Shown here piece by piece: positions 15,807-24,432 of a stretch of DNA of 28,750 nt. The stretch covers positions 1-28,750 of the forward strand of contig JAVYLC010000009.1 in NCBI GenBank assembly GCA_038741355.1, given 5' to 3'. Source of the stretch: Nitrososphaerota archaeon (GTDB taxonomy: Archaea > Thermoproteota > Nitrososphaeria_A > Caldarchaeales > Calditenuaceae). The notes under the pieces are model-generated. The model saw only the letters and a program-made list of their open reading frames with translations. It searched no databases and was not told the origin of the DNA. The translations under genes and the position numbers were made by a program. Numbering within the stretch: the first letter of the stretch is position 1; each line of letters begins with the position of its first letter.

Positions 15807-16010
15807 CTCGTAATACTCCTTAGACTGCAGCTCCACTTCGTCCCACGAAGTGGCGAGTCGAAACCTCTTATTTAAGGGTTCAGGACCACATAACCCTCTC
15901 AAAGACTACGGACACATGACCTTTACCAGCCTATAGGCAGTATTGCATCCATCCTTAAAGGGAAATAACGTTGAAGGACGCCCCAGTTCCTAGGCAGCCC
16001 GACACGAATC

Positions 16011-17036
16011 CTATCGACGCCTCGCCAACGCTCTCACTCCTTTCCGTATACAGCCATGCTTGAAGCTCATAACGCTACTAACAACCAGGTTTACGAGTGA
16101 TATTGTGAGGAAGAACAGCGCTACGATATGTGCTGTATTGAAACCACTAAGTAACAATATCTGAAGCGGGGCGTAGAACGGGAATAACATGCTTGCCAAC
16201 GGGCCTGCAAAATACATTACAGCATAGCCTGCCGCAGATGCCCTACTCCTCCTCCTATCTATCCTGACCCCCAAGGCGATGAACAATACCCTATACGGTG
16301 GGCTTATCTTCAATGCTCTAACTAGGTTTGATATGCCGATATAGAAGTTGGAGAATCTTACACCCACAAGCACACCAACTATGAGGTGGAATAGATCATG
16401 TGTAAAGAACCATAGTAGGAGCCATGAAATTCCACATGCCATGAACAGCAGGTACTGGTCAAGACTAAAGTATTGAGCATACACAGGAATCAGTAGACCT
16501 AATATGGTCATTACTGCGCATAATGCTGCGCCCTTGCCTAGGCCTATAATTGTAGGGTCAACATACACAGCCGCACGGCTGCTATCGGCTTCTAGCAGTT
16601 TTCTGATCATCTGGCCTCTATAATTTAATATGCGCGCTATCACTCTCCCGGCAAACCAGTCCCCTATAGGTCCGAGAACGGACCTGAACTCTATCCTATC
16701 CTCTATTACGCTTCTACTGCCATCATCACTTCCATTGCCTCTCCTCCTGACAATATGCTTATGCCTCCAGATAAGGAAGGGTGAGCCGATGGCCTCACCC
16801 GTGAACCCTCTGCCCTCCTCGTAATCCTTGACAATAGTGTACCATTCAAACCGCTGGCCCAGAAGCCTAGCCTCCATCCTTATCTTAGATCCATTAGATA
16901 TCTGCGCTGGTGCCTCAAGCACCCTGAGCCTAAGACTCTCAGGGTATACAAGCTCTATATTTTTTGGATTTGCTATGAATCTGAATGCTGTGTTAGCGTC
17001 TATTCCAACTTCTAAACTTGAGGAGATAACACCCAT
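16011..17036 (-). CDS. Fusion protein: an N-terminal SRPBCC (START/cyclase-dehydrase-like) domain plus a C-terminal polytopic membrane domain carrying an HDLFH motif
   Basis: The N-terminal 150 aa or so show an SRPBCC-like pattern (FRFIANPKNIELVYPE, WRHKHIV, IEDRIEFRSVLGPIGDW). At least five hydrophobic helices follow. Confidence 0.65.
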   Translation of the reverse strand: MGVISSSLEVGIDANTAFRFIANPKNIELVYPESLRLRVLEAPAQISNGSKIRMEARLLGQRFEWYTIVKDYEEGRGFTGEAIGSPFLIWRHKHIVRRRGNGSDDGSRSVIEDRIEFRSVLGPIGDWFAGRVIARILNYRGQMIRKLLEADSSRAAVYVDPTIIGLGKGAALCAVMTILGLLIPVYAQYFSLDQYLLFMACGISWLLLWFFTHDLFHLIVGVLVGVRFSNFYIGISNLVRALKISPPYRVLFIALGVRIDRRRSRASAAGYAVMYFAGPLASMLFPFYAPLQILLLSGFNTAHIVALFFLTISLVNLVVSSVMSFKHGCIRKGVRALARRR

Positions 17037-17198
17037 TATTACTCCTCCCGATGCATTAGCGCTATGCTGCTATTATAAACTCCACGCCATTCACTATCTT
17101 CGAGTTTATGTTGCTGTAGGTCCTGTCCCTCCCATCCTAGGAGCTGGATTTAAGGCTCTTATACTGAGCGCGGCTCGCTTTATCCTCGGAGCCTAGGG

Positions 17199-17765
17199 GT
17201 GGGGTGTCTGGGCAAGAAGTACGGGCGTGGAGACAGCGGTGAGACGGACCTCTTCGGGGGCGGGAGGGTTTCGAAGAGTGATTTAAGGGTTGAGTGTTAT
17301 GGCGAGGTTGACGAGCTATCGTCGATTATAGGCCTCTGTAGGGCGGTGCTGGGTGAGAAGTATCCCGAGATTAATAGGATCTTGCAGGATGTTCAGACGG
17401 CTTTGTTTAGAGTGGCGGCGGAGCTAGCGAGCGGTGATCCTGTGAAGCTGGGGCTGGAGTTGATAGGGGAGCGTGATGTCGCTGTCCTCGATGAGCATGT
17501 GGAGAGGATAGAGTCTAGGCTTCCAAGGCTAAGACACTTCATCTATCCAGGAGGATCACTCCCTGCCAGCATTCTCCACGTAGCGAGGGCAGTCGCGAGG
17601 AGGGTTGAGCGTAGAGCAGTAGCATTAAACAGTAGGGAGGGTATTAACCCGCATATCCTCAGCTATCTAAACAGGCTATCAACACTCTTCTTCGCATTGG
17701 CCAGATACGTGAACATGGTGGAGGGGGTCTCGGAGGACACCTGGCCTGGAAGAGGTGTGGAATAG
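17199..17765 (+). CDS. PduO-type ATP:cob(I)alamin adenosyltransferase
   Basis: The motifs are GRGDSGETDLFGG.RVSK, YGEVDELSSIIGL and the C-terminal LNRLSTLFFALARY. The start is GTG. Confidence 0.82.
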   Translation: MGCLGKKYGRGDSGETDLFGGGRVSKSDLRVECYGEVDELSSIIGLCRAVLGEKYPEINRILQDVQTALFRVAAELASGDPVKLGLELIGERDVAVLDEHVERIESRLPRLRHFIYPGGSLPASILHVARAVARRVERRAVALNSREGINPHILSYLNRLSTLFFALARYVNMVEGVSEDTWPGRGVE

Positions 17766-17766
17766 C

Positions 17767-18399
17767 TTATGTTGGCTTGGAGCCCTTCTTCTTCGCCTTG
17801 ACCAGCTCGGAGACGAGGTACTCGGCCGAGTCCACCGCCTCCTCTGCGGTGAAGATGCCGAGGTATGAGGAGCTGAACATGATGTTTGCTGTGGGTGACC
17901 TGTAGATTCTCTCATCACCGACCCAGAGCTGGAGCAGGAGCCTCATCATGGGGAATAGGTTGAAGGAGTAGCTTAGCCCGCCGAACTTCTCCTTTTCACC
18001 GTCAATAGCCCTACAGGCCGCGTCAAACCCCACCGGGTCGTAGCCGAAGTGTTCGATGAGCGGCCTATAGACCCGCCTCATCATATTCCCGGCGTATGAT
18101 TGGCCGTTTGGAAACTTCTCCAGCGGGACCCACTCTCCCGGCTTGGCACCCATATATTTGGCCAGATATTTTACGAGTAGATGCGCCAGCCTGGGCTGTG
18201 ATGATTTGTGAGTTACAGCATCAGTGACAACCCCGGAGGATAGGTCTAAGACATATGAGCCGTTGAGGACATTCACTAGGAACCTGTCACCCTTTCCCTC
18301 TCTTGGCGGGAGGTGGACGACGTGACAGAGCTTCACAACCTGCTCGGGCGGCCGCTGTCTAAGCTCGGCTAAAAGGGCGTCCAACTCCTCCCCTTGCAT
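17767..18399 (-). CDS. Hypothetical cytoplasmic protein, possibly DUF3786-like
   Basis: This is a clean 210-aa ORF convergent with the adenosyltransferase gene. The family assignment rests on weak recollection of the overall pattern only. Confidence 0.5.
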   Translation of the reverse strand: MQGEELDALLAELRQRPPEQVVKLCHVVHLPPREGKGDRFLVNVLNGSYVLDLSSGVVTDAVTHKSSQPRLAHLLVKYLAKYMGAKPGEWVPLEKFPNGQSYAGNMMRRVYRPLIEHFGYDPVGFDAACRAIDGEKEKFGGLSYSFNLFPMMRLLLQLWVGDERIYRSPTANIMFSSSYLGIFTAEEAVDSAEYLVSELVKAKKKGSKPT

Positions 18400-18475
18400 A
18401 CATTTTTTGAGGTCTAGCCTACATAAAACGATTTTAACTATTCTCCCAGCCTATAAGCCTTGGCCGGCGGATCCC

Positions 18476-18973
18476 CTAATCATGCCCCGTATGAGGGCCC
18501 TCAGCCTGGGTCTCTAGGCGCTGCTCCTTAGCCTCGAAATCCACTGTGGCTCCGCTGCTCAACATCAGCCTAACCTTGATGGCTTGAACGCCCTCAGGGA
18601 TACTCCCTATAAGCATGATATGGTACCCATCACCCTCGACGCCTAAGGCCCTAACCTCTCCCCGCGGCGGGATACATATCTTCTCAACACCCTGCATCCT
18701 TGCCACGCCGTTCTCGATTACTGTGCGGTGTAGCTCAGCCCTAATACCTGCCGGCTCGAGAACCTCAGCGCCTACAATGCACGCCTCGACTAATCCGTGA
18801 TTATGCGCTATAAAGAACACTCCTCCACCCGTCGCCCCCCTCCTAAAGAAGGCCCCATGCACCTCAACACCCTCACCACCCTGGGTTGAGAGTAGGAGAA
18901 ATACACCAGCCCCTACAGCCGCAACAACTACTACAGAGATAGAAACCAGCCACACCCTCTGGAGACCAGCCAT
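18476..18973 (-). CDS. Copper chaperone PCu(A)C (DUF461)-like, membrane-anchored
   Basis: The N-terminal TM anchor is VWLVSISVVVVAAVGAGVFLLL. The His/Met motifs are AHNHG, ELHRTVIENGVARM and GYHIMLIG. ATG 18973 is preferred over the upstream start at 19009. Confidence 0.65.
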   Translation of the reverse strand: MAGLQRVWLVSISVVVVAAVGAGVFLLLSTQGGEGVEVHGAFFRRGATGGGVFFIAHNHGLVEACIVGAEVLEPAGIRAELHRTVIENGVARMQGVEKICIPPRGEVRALGVEGDGYHIMLIGSIPEGVQAIKVRLMLSSGATVDFEAKEQRLETQAEGPHTGHD

Positions 18974-19086
18974 ATGGCAGAGCTTGTTCCCACGGGATAA
19001 GACCCGCATAGCCTCTCAGCCGCCACTCATAACGCTCTAAGTATAAAAGCTTTCCTCACATCACGACAGAATGGTTCTATCAACAT

Positions 19087-19095
19087 GTTAAAATC
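19087..19095 (+). promoter_or_regulatory. TATA box for the DUF1464 gene, implying a leaderless or near-leaderless mRNA
   Basis: GTTAAAATC ends 24 nt upstream of ATG 19119. Confidence 0.45.
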
Positions 19096-19118
19096 TTCTT
19101 CCTCTAGAATTGGTGAGA

Positions 19119-20207
19119 ATGCCTCTCCGAGTAGTCGGGATAGATCCGGGTACTAGAAGTTTTGACGTCTTTGGATTAGAAGACGAGCATGTGGTTGTTG
19201 ATGTCTCTATACCGTCTGAGGAGGTTGCTTTAAATCCGAAAATCCTCATAGACCTGCTCCACGGCTTAGAGCCTCTGGACCTAGTGGTTGGACCCTCAGG
19301 TTATGGAATCCCGCTTAAACATATCTCAGAAATAAGTGGCGAGGACGTCTTCCTCATGACGCTTGTAAGGCCAGATGACAGAGACATACCGGTCCTAGTT
19401 GGGTTGAGCAGAGTCGTCCAAGAGCTGAAAAAACACGCCTTCAACATCTACTTCATACCGGGCGTGATACATCTCCCCACAGTCCCGCCGCACAGAAAGG
19501 TCAACTCTATAGACCTTGGAACTGCCGATAAACTTTGCGTCGCGGCCCTAGCAATATTCGACTACTCTAGAAGACATGGCGTGCCGTTTAGAGAAGTGTC
19601 TATACTGGTTGTGGAGGTGGGCTATGGATACAACGCCGTAATGGCGGTAGACCATGGAGTTATAGTTGATGGGGTGGGGGGGACAAAGGCGGGTCCTGGA
19701 TTTCTAACCGCGGGCGGGCTCGACGGCGAAGTCGCTTATCTATTGGGGACCTTGAGGAAGGATATGCTCTTCAAGGGTGGCGTAAAGAGCATAGCCGGTG
19801 TAGACGTAGAGCCCGAAGACTTCTACAGACTGGCCCAAAGCAGCATGTCTGTGAAGATGGCGTGGGATGCCTTCATCGAGGGTATAGAGAAGACGGCCTG
19901 GTCCCTGACTCCTGTTCTCAGCAGGGTAGACGCGATACTCCTTTCAGGAAGGCTAAGTAGGGTTGAGCCAATATACAGCGAGCTGTCTAAGCGCCTGAAA
20001 CGTATAGCTCCGGTTGAGAGGGTTAACGGCTTCGGGGCTAGGTCGAAAGAGGCTGCACAGGGCGCGGCACTGATCGCCAACGGATTGGCAGGCGGCTTCG
20101 CAAAAGAGTTAGTAGAGCATTTGAGGATAAGGGAGTCAGATGGCACGGTGCTGGACAACGTATACATCGAGAATTTGAAAGAAAAGATGGGCGTCCACCG
20201 TGTTTGA
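19119..20207 (+). CDS. DUF1464 / ASKHA-fold (predicted butyrate-kinase-like, COG2441) protein
   Basis: The N-terminal phosphate-1 motif is RVVGIDPGTRSFDVFG. There is a second glycine-rich region VDGVGGTKAGPGFLTAGGLDGE. Confidence 0.65.
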   Translation: MPLRVVGIDPGTRSFDVFGLEDEHVVVDVSIPSEEVALNPKILIDLLHGLEPLDLVVGPSGYGIPLKHISEISGEDVFLMTLVRPDDRDIPVLVGLSRVVQELKKHAFNIYFIPGVIHLPTVPPHRKVNSIDLGTADKLCVAALAIFDYSRRHGVPFREVSILVVEVGYGYNAVMAVDHGVIVDGVGGTKAGPGFLTAGGLDGEVAYLLGTLRKDMLFKGGVKSIAGVDVEPEDFYRLAQSSMSVKMAWDAFIEGIEKTAWSLTPVLSRVDAILLSGRLSRVEPIYSELSKRLKRIAPVERVNGFGARSKEAAQGAALIANGLAGGFAKELVEHLRIRESDGTVLDNVYIENLKEKMGVHRV

Positions 20208-20277
20208 CTATATAATGTTTAATTCAAGTTACGATTAATGTTTAGACTATTAAGCCGAGGAAACGCGTCATCTTCAC

Positions 20278-20285
20278 ATATATAT
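20278..20285 (+). promoter_or_regulatory. Candidate TATA box for ppdK
   Basis: ATATATAT lies in an AT-rich intergenic region, 34 nt upstream of the TTG start at 20319. Confidence 0.4.
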
Positions 20286-20318
20286 CGTGCCTGGTTAGCC
20301 TAAACCACGAGGACAGGA

Positions 20319-22973
20319 TTGGGCAGGGTTTATCTCTTCCACGAGGCCAAGGGTTTGACGCGGTTCGAGCTTGGAGGCAAGGGCTACGGCCTCGTAGAAA
20401 TGACTGCTGCGGGTTTGCCAGTACCTCCAGGATTCACGATACTTACATCAGCGTGTAAGGAGTACTACGCGAACGGAGGAAAGATTCCCAGCGGGCTGCT
20501 AGGCGAGGTTCGTGAGAAGCTGAAGAAGCTGGAGGAGATGACTGGGAAGAGGTTTAACGACCTTGAGAGTCCTTTGCTCGTCTCTGTGAGATCTGGAGCT
20601 CCCTACTCCATGCCTGGAATGATGGACACCATACTCAACCTTGGACTAAATGACAGGGTTGTTGAGGGGCTTGCAAAGCTGACAGGAGACCGTCGCTTCG
20701 CATACGATGCTTACCGCCGCTTCATCCAGATGTTTGCGAGGATAGCGATGGGCGTTAAAGGCGAGCTATTCGAGCAAGCCCTTGAGAGGGCGAAACACAG
20801 GCTAGGAGTGAAGCACGACTATGAGATCTCAGCGTCGGAGCTCGAGAAGCTTGTGCAAGAGTTTAAAGAAATCGTGAGGAGGGAGACGGGGAGGGACTTT
20901 CCACAGGATCCCTGGGACCAGCTTGTCATGGCCATTGAGGCCGTTTTCAAGTCTTGGAACAATCCACGCGCGATAGAGTATAGACGCTACTATAAGATTC
21001 CAGACGACCTCGGCACGGCAGTCAACGTCCAGTTGATGGTCTTCGGCAACATGGGTATGGACTCAGGCTCGGGCGTCGGATTCACTAGGAATCCATCCAC
21101 TGGCGAGGCAAAACTCTACGGCGAATACCTCCCCAACTCCCAGGGTGAGGACGTGGTCGCGGGGATAAGGACCCCCATCCCGATAGACAAGGTCGACCCC
21201 GCAATCTATCGGCAGCTGGTCGAGATTGCGGGGAAGCTTGAGAAATACTTCAAGGATATGCAGGATTTCGAGTTTACGGTTGAGCGCGGAAGGCTCTACA
21301 TGCTCCAGACGAGGAATGGTAAGCGCACTGCTCAAGCGGCTGTGAAGATCGCTGTGGACATGGTCAGGGAAGGCCTCATAACCAAGGAGGAAGCGTTGTC
21401 CAGGATTGAGGCCAACGATCTAAACCAGCTGCTACACCGCAGGCTAGACCCGAAGGCCAAGGTTGACCCGATAGCTAAGGGGTTGAACGCATCCCCAGGA
21501 GTAGCCACTGGGAAGGTAGTCTTTGACACGGACGAGGCTGCTGAGCTCGGCGGAAAGGGTGAGAGGATAATACTCGTTAGACCTGAGACGACTCCAGAGG
21601 ACATTAAAGGCGTCATTGCTGCCCAAGGGGTTCTCACGAGCAGGGGTGGGATGACTAGCCACGCAGCTGTCGTCGCGAGGGGGATGGGGAAGCCGGCGGT
21701 TGTAGGTTGTGAGAGCATTAAGATAAACATGGAGGAGGGCTACTTCGTAACAGATAAGGGAGTCCGCGTCAATAAGGGCGGCATAATCACGATAGACGGA
21801 ACCACCGGCTACGTTATCCTCGGAGAGGCTCCGACAATCGAGCCAGAGTTGACAGAAGAGTTCAGGCTCCTACTTTCCTGGGCTAACGAGGTCAAGAGGC
21901 TGGGTGTAAGGGCTAACGCTGACACACCTGAGGCGGCTGCAAAGGCGCGGGAGTTCGGGGCGGAGGGCATCGGCCTATGCAGGACTGAGAGGATGTTCAA
22001 CGCTCCGGACAGGCTGCCTATCGTGAGGGAGATGATCATGGCTGAGACGGAGGAGGAGAGGAGGAGGGTGCTTGAAAAGCTCTTCCCACTCCAGCTGGGC
22101 GACTTCATAGAGATATTCAGAATAATGAAGGGACTGCCGGTGACCGTGAGGCTTCTCGACCTACCGCTCCACGAGTTCCTACCCTCCGAAGCACAGCTAC
22201 TCACAGAGATCTATGAGCTAAAGTCCAAGGGCGCGCCGCAGAAGGAGATAGACGAGAAGATGAAGATACTCCAGAAGGTCCGCCAGCTCCAGGAACATAA
22301 CCCGATGATAGGGCATAGAGGCTGCAGACTCGCCATAAGATACCCTGAGATATATGAGATGCAGGTCAGGGCAATACTCACTGCGGCGATAAGGGTGTTG
22401 AAGTCCGAGGGTGAGACAGTCCACGTCCAGATAATGATTCCACTTGTCTCGGAGGCCTCGGAGCTAGCATACCTTAGGGAAATAATCGACAAGACGGCTG
22501 AGAAGGTCTTCCAAGAACAGGGGATAAGGATACCGTACAAAGTCGGGACGATGATAGAGACGCCCAGAGCCGCGCTGACCGCCTATAGTGTAGCCAAGGT
22601 CGCAGACTTCTTTTCATTCGGGACCAACGACCTAACACAGACAACATTTGGATTTAGCAGGGACGACGTCGAGGCCAAGTTCATGGCAGACTATCTCGAG
22701 AAGAAGATTTTGAAGGAGAACCCCTTCGAAGTGCTTGACACAGAGGGTGTTGGGAGGCTTGTAAAGCTCGCGACCGAGGAGGGGAAGAGGGCTAATCCAC
22801 ACTTGGAGGTTGGAATCTGCGGCGAGCATGGCGGGGAACCGAACAGCGTCAAGTTCTTCCACTCAGCAGGCCTCGACTATGTCAGCTGCTCACCTTATAG
22901 GATACCGATAGCGAGAATAGCGGCGGCCCAGGCAGCAATAGCGATAAAGGAGAAGGCCCCAGTCACGGTTTAG
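20319..22973 (+). CDS. ppdK: Pyruvate, phosphate dikinase
   Basis: The ORF is 884 aa. It has an N-terminal ATP-grasp region (GGKGYGLVEMTAAGLPVPPGF), the phosphohistidine motif GGMTSHAAVVARGMG, and the C-terminal PEP-utiliser motifs FFSFGTNDLTQ and GICGEHGG. Confidence 0.95.
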   Translation: MGRVYLFHEAKGLTRFELGGKGYGLVEMTAAGLPVPPGFTILTSACKEYYANGGKIPSGLLGEVREKLKKLEEMTGKRFNDLESPLLVSVRSGAPYSMPGMMDTILNLGLNDRVVEGLAKLTGDRRFAYDAYRRFIQMFARIAMGVKGELFEQALERAKHRLGVKHDYEISASELEKLVQEFKEIVRRETGRDFPQDPWDQLVMAIEAVFKSWNNPRAIEYRRYYKIPDDLGTAVNVQLMVFGNMGMDSGSGVGFTRNPSTGEAKLYGEYLPNSQGEDVVAGIRTPIPIDKVDPAIYRQLVEIAGKLEKYFKDMQDFEFTVERGRLYMLQTRNGKRTAQAAVKIAVDMVREGLITKEEALSRIEANDLNQLLHRRLDPKAKVDPIAKGLNASPGVATGKVVFDTDEAAELGGKGERIILVRPETTPEDIKGVIAAQGVLTSRGGMTSHAAVVARGMGKPAVVGCESIKINMEEGYFVTDKGVRVNKGGIITIDGTTGYVILGEAPTIEPELTEEFRLLLSWANEVKRLGVRANADTPEAAAKAREFGAEGIGLCRTERMFNAPDRLPIVREMIMAETEEERRRVLEKLFPLQLGDFIEIFRIMKGLPVTVRLLDLPLHEFLPSEAQLLTEIYELKSKGAPQKEIDEKMKILQKVRQLQEHNPMIGHRGCRLAIRYPEIYEMQVRAILTAAIRVLKSEGETVHVQIMIPLVSEASELAYLREIIDKTAEKVFQEQGIRIPYKVGTMIETPRAALTAYSVAKVADFFSFGTNDLTQTTFGFSRDDVEAKFMADYLEKKILKENPFEVLDTEGVGRLVKLATEEGKRANPHLEVGICGEHGGEPNSVKFFHSAGLDYVSCSPYRIPIARIAAAQAAIAIKEKAPVTV

Positions 22974-22977
22974 AGAC

Positions 22978-23337
22978 CTAGTAGCTTGTTTTAGTTCTAC
23001 TGTTTATTATTGCTAGGTGGGATAGCTCGGAGTCTGGTGCAGCGCCGTGCCAATGCCTTTCACCAGCCGGTATTAGAACTATATCCCCCTCCCTGACCTC
23101 CTTTTCCTCGCGCTCATCACCCACAAATCCGCGGCCCCTGAGAATGAATAATATCTGCTCGTGGTCATGTGTATGGAGTTTAGTTCTTGCGCCTGGCGAG
23201 AAAGTCACAATGACGGCCATGAACTCTTTTGAGCCGTTTTCCTCGCTGATAAGAGTTGCCACGTTTACGGTCCCCTCGAATAGGCCGCCCTTCCGCTCCT
23301 CACCCCTGACACTCCCACTGCTAACGATTATCATCAA
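22978..23337 (-). CDS. Cupin-domain protein
   Basis: The cupin motifs are GARTKLHTHDHEQILFILRG and GDIVLIPAGERHWHG. Confidence 0.8.
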   Translation of the reverse strand: MMIIVSSGSVRGEERKGGLFEGTVNVATLISEENGSKEFMAVIVTFSPGARTKLHTHDHEQILFILRGRGFVGDEREEKEVREGDIVLIPAGERHWHGAAPDSELSHLAIINSRTKTSY

Positions 23338-23361
23338 AACCTAAAAGGCTTATCCTGAAAT

Positions 23362-23817
23362 CTAAATTTTTCTAGAGCTTTTTTTCGTCCGAGCTCTGGC
23401 TATGCCATTTTCGCTGACTTCTTCCCTAATCTTGAGAGTAGGCCCCCTATCGTGTGACTGGCTTCTGTCTTCCAAGCGTATCACCCACTTCCCTCCCCAA
23501 TACCTAAGATAATCTAAGAGTGGCCTGAGATCAATTGCCATCTCAGTCAGTGAGTATTTTACACTGAAGGGATGAGTACTCACAATCTCCCGCGACACTA
23601 GCCCCGCCTCTTGCAGTGATTTCAGCGTTCTGGAAAGGGTCTTGGAGTTGATTCTGGGCACTGTCCTTAACAGCTCGTTAAAACCTTTCGGACCATCTAG
23701 GAGGTAGCTGATGACGACGAGAGCCCACATGCTCCTCAAGAGTTTTGAAGCTGCAAGGACGGGGCAAACCTTTACCCCATCGCCGTTTGAATTGTATCTA
23801 CACTGCGAGTTAGCCAT
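23362..23817 (-). CDS. HxlR-family winged-helix transcriptional regulator. Start placed at ATG 23817.
   Basis: CPVLAASKLLRSMWALVVISYLLDGPKGFNELLRTVPRINSKTLSRTLKSLQEAGLVSREI..YSLTE is a textbook HxlR core. The longer ORF to 23919 would run through the shared promoter palindrome. Confidence 0.85.
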   Translation of the reverse strand: MANSQCRYNSNGDGVKVCPVLAASKLLRSMWALVVISYLLDGPKGFNELLRTVPRINSKTLSRTLKSLQEAGLVSREIVSTHPFSVKYSLTEMAIDLRPLLDYLRYWGGKWVIRLEDRSQSHDRGPTLKIREEVSENGIARARTKKSSRKI

Positions 23818-23837
23818 CTGGTGGCATATCTGCCCCC

Positions 23838-23852
23838 TACTATTTAAAATAG
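23838..23852. promoter_or_regulatory. Perfect 7-1-7 palindrome ACTATTT-A-AAATAGT. It is a candidate shared TATA element and HxlR operator.
   Basis: It lies between the divergent hxlR-like (ATG 23817) and doxX-like (ATG 23893) genes. A direct repeat TAGTGGC (23850-23856 and 23868-23874) follows it. Confidence 0.5.
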
Positions 23853-23892
23853 TGGCACTTCGCCATCTAGTGGCGCTAGGTGAGCGCTCTAA

Positions 23893-24369
23893 ATGGCAGT
23901 GTTCGGATTCCTCGAGCAATACAGCGATGTCGCGTTCCTGATACTTAGAATAGCCCTAGGCTTCATGATGGTTGTCCACGGGTTTCCAAAGCTGTTCGGA
24001 CCCGCTAGGCCTCAGATGAGGTCTGGCATGGCCCAGCTGGGAATTCCGCAGACCCTCTTCGACTTGGTTGGGCTACTAGAGTTTCTCGGAGGAATATTCT
24101 TGATAGCAGGGTTTCTTACCAGGATAGTCGCAATACTCTTCGCCTTAGAGATGGTGGGCACGATATTTCTCTATTTATCAGCCCTCGGGAAGTTTACCCC
24201 TCCGCCCGAGGTGCTTAGCCAGATGGTAGCCAACTCTAGAAGGGTCATGCGCGGATTCGTAGCCGGTGTTGGTGGATGGGAGTTAGACCTGCTAATACTG
24301 GCGGCGGTCCTCCTGCTCCTTACCACAGGTGCAGGCGCGTTCTCGATAGACGCGTTATTGGGGATATAG
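23893..24369 (+). CDS. DoxX-family membrane protein
   Basis: There are four hydrophobic helices. The DoxX-type N-terminus is LRIALGFMMVVHGFPKLFG. Confidence 0.82.
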   Translation: MAVFGFLEQYSDVAFLILRIALGFMMVVHGFPKLFGPARPQMRSGMAQLGIPQTLFDLVGLLEFLGGIFLIAGFLTRIVAILFALEMVGTIFLYLSALGKFTPPPEVLSQMVANSRRVMRGFVAGVGGWELDLLILAAVLLLLTTGAGAFSIDALLGI

Positions 24370-24432
24370 CCGGATACCGCGGCAGTGAGGCTGCCCCTGC
24401 ACGTCTTTATCCCTTTTACGGCCACCGAAATC

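Noticed and set aside
15807-15902. 32-codon N-terminal extension of glyA from an alternative start
   Set aside because: It contains a TATA-like CTTAAATAAG. It would also give an N-terminus about 10-30 residues longer than archaeal SHMTs as I recall them. ATG 15806 fits better, though GTG 15836 cannot be excluded.
21063-22862. Several minus-strand ORFs of 68-132 aa inside ppdK (for example 21332-21730, 21809-22204, 22211-22540)
   Set aside because: They are S/A/L-rich shadow ORFs antisense to a full-length, motif-complete 884-aa PPDK.
23818-23919. 34-codon N-terminal extension of the HxlR ORF
   Set aside because: HxlR proteins begin close to the conserved CP motif. The extension would run through the palindromic TATA/operator and overlap the doxX start.
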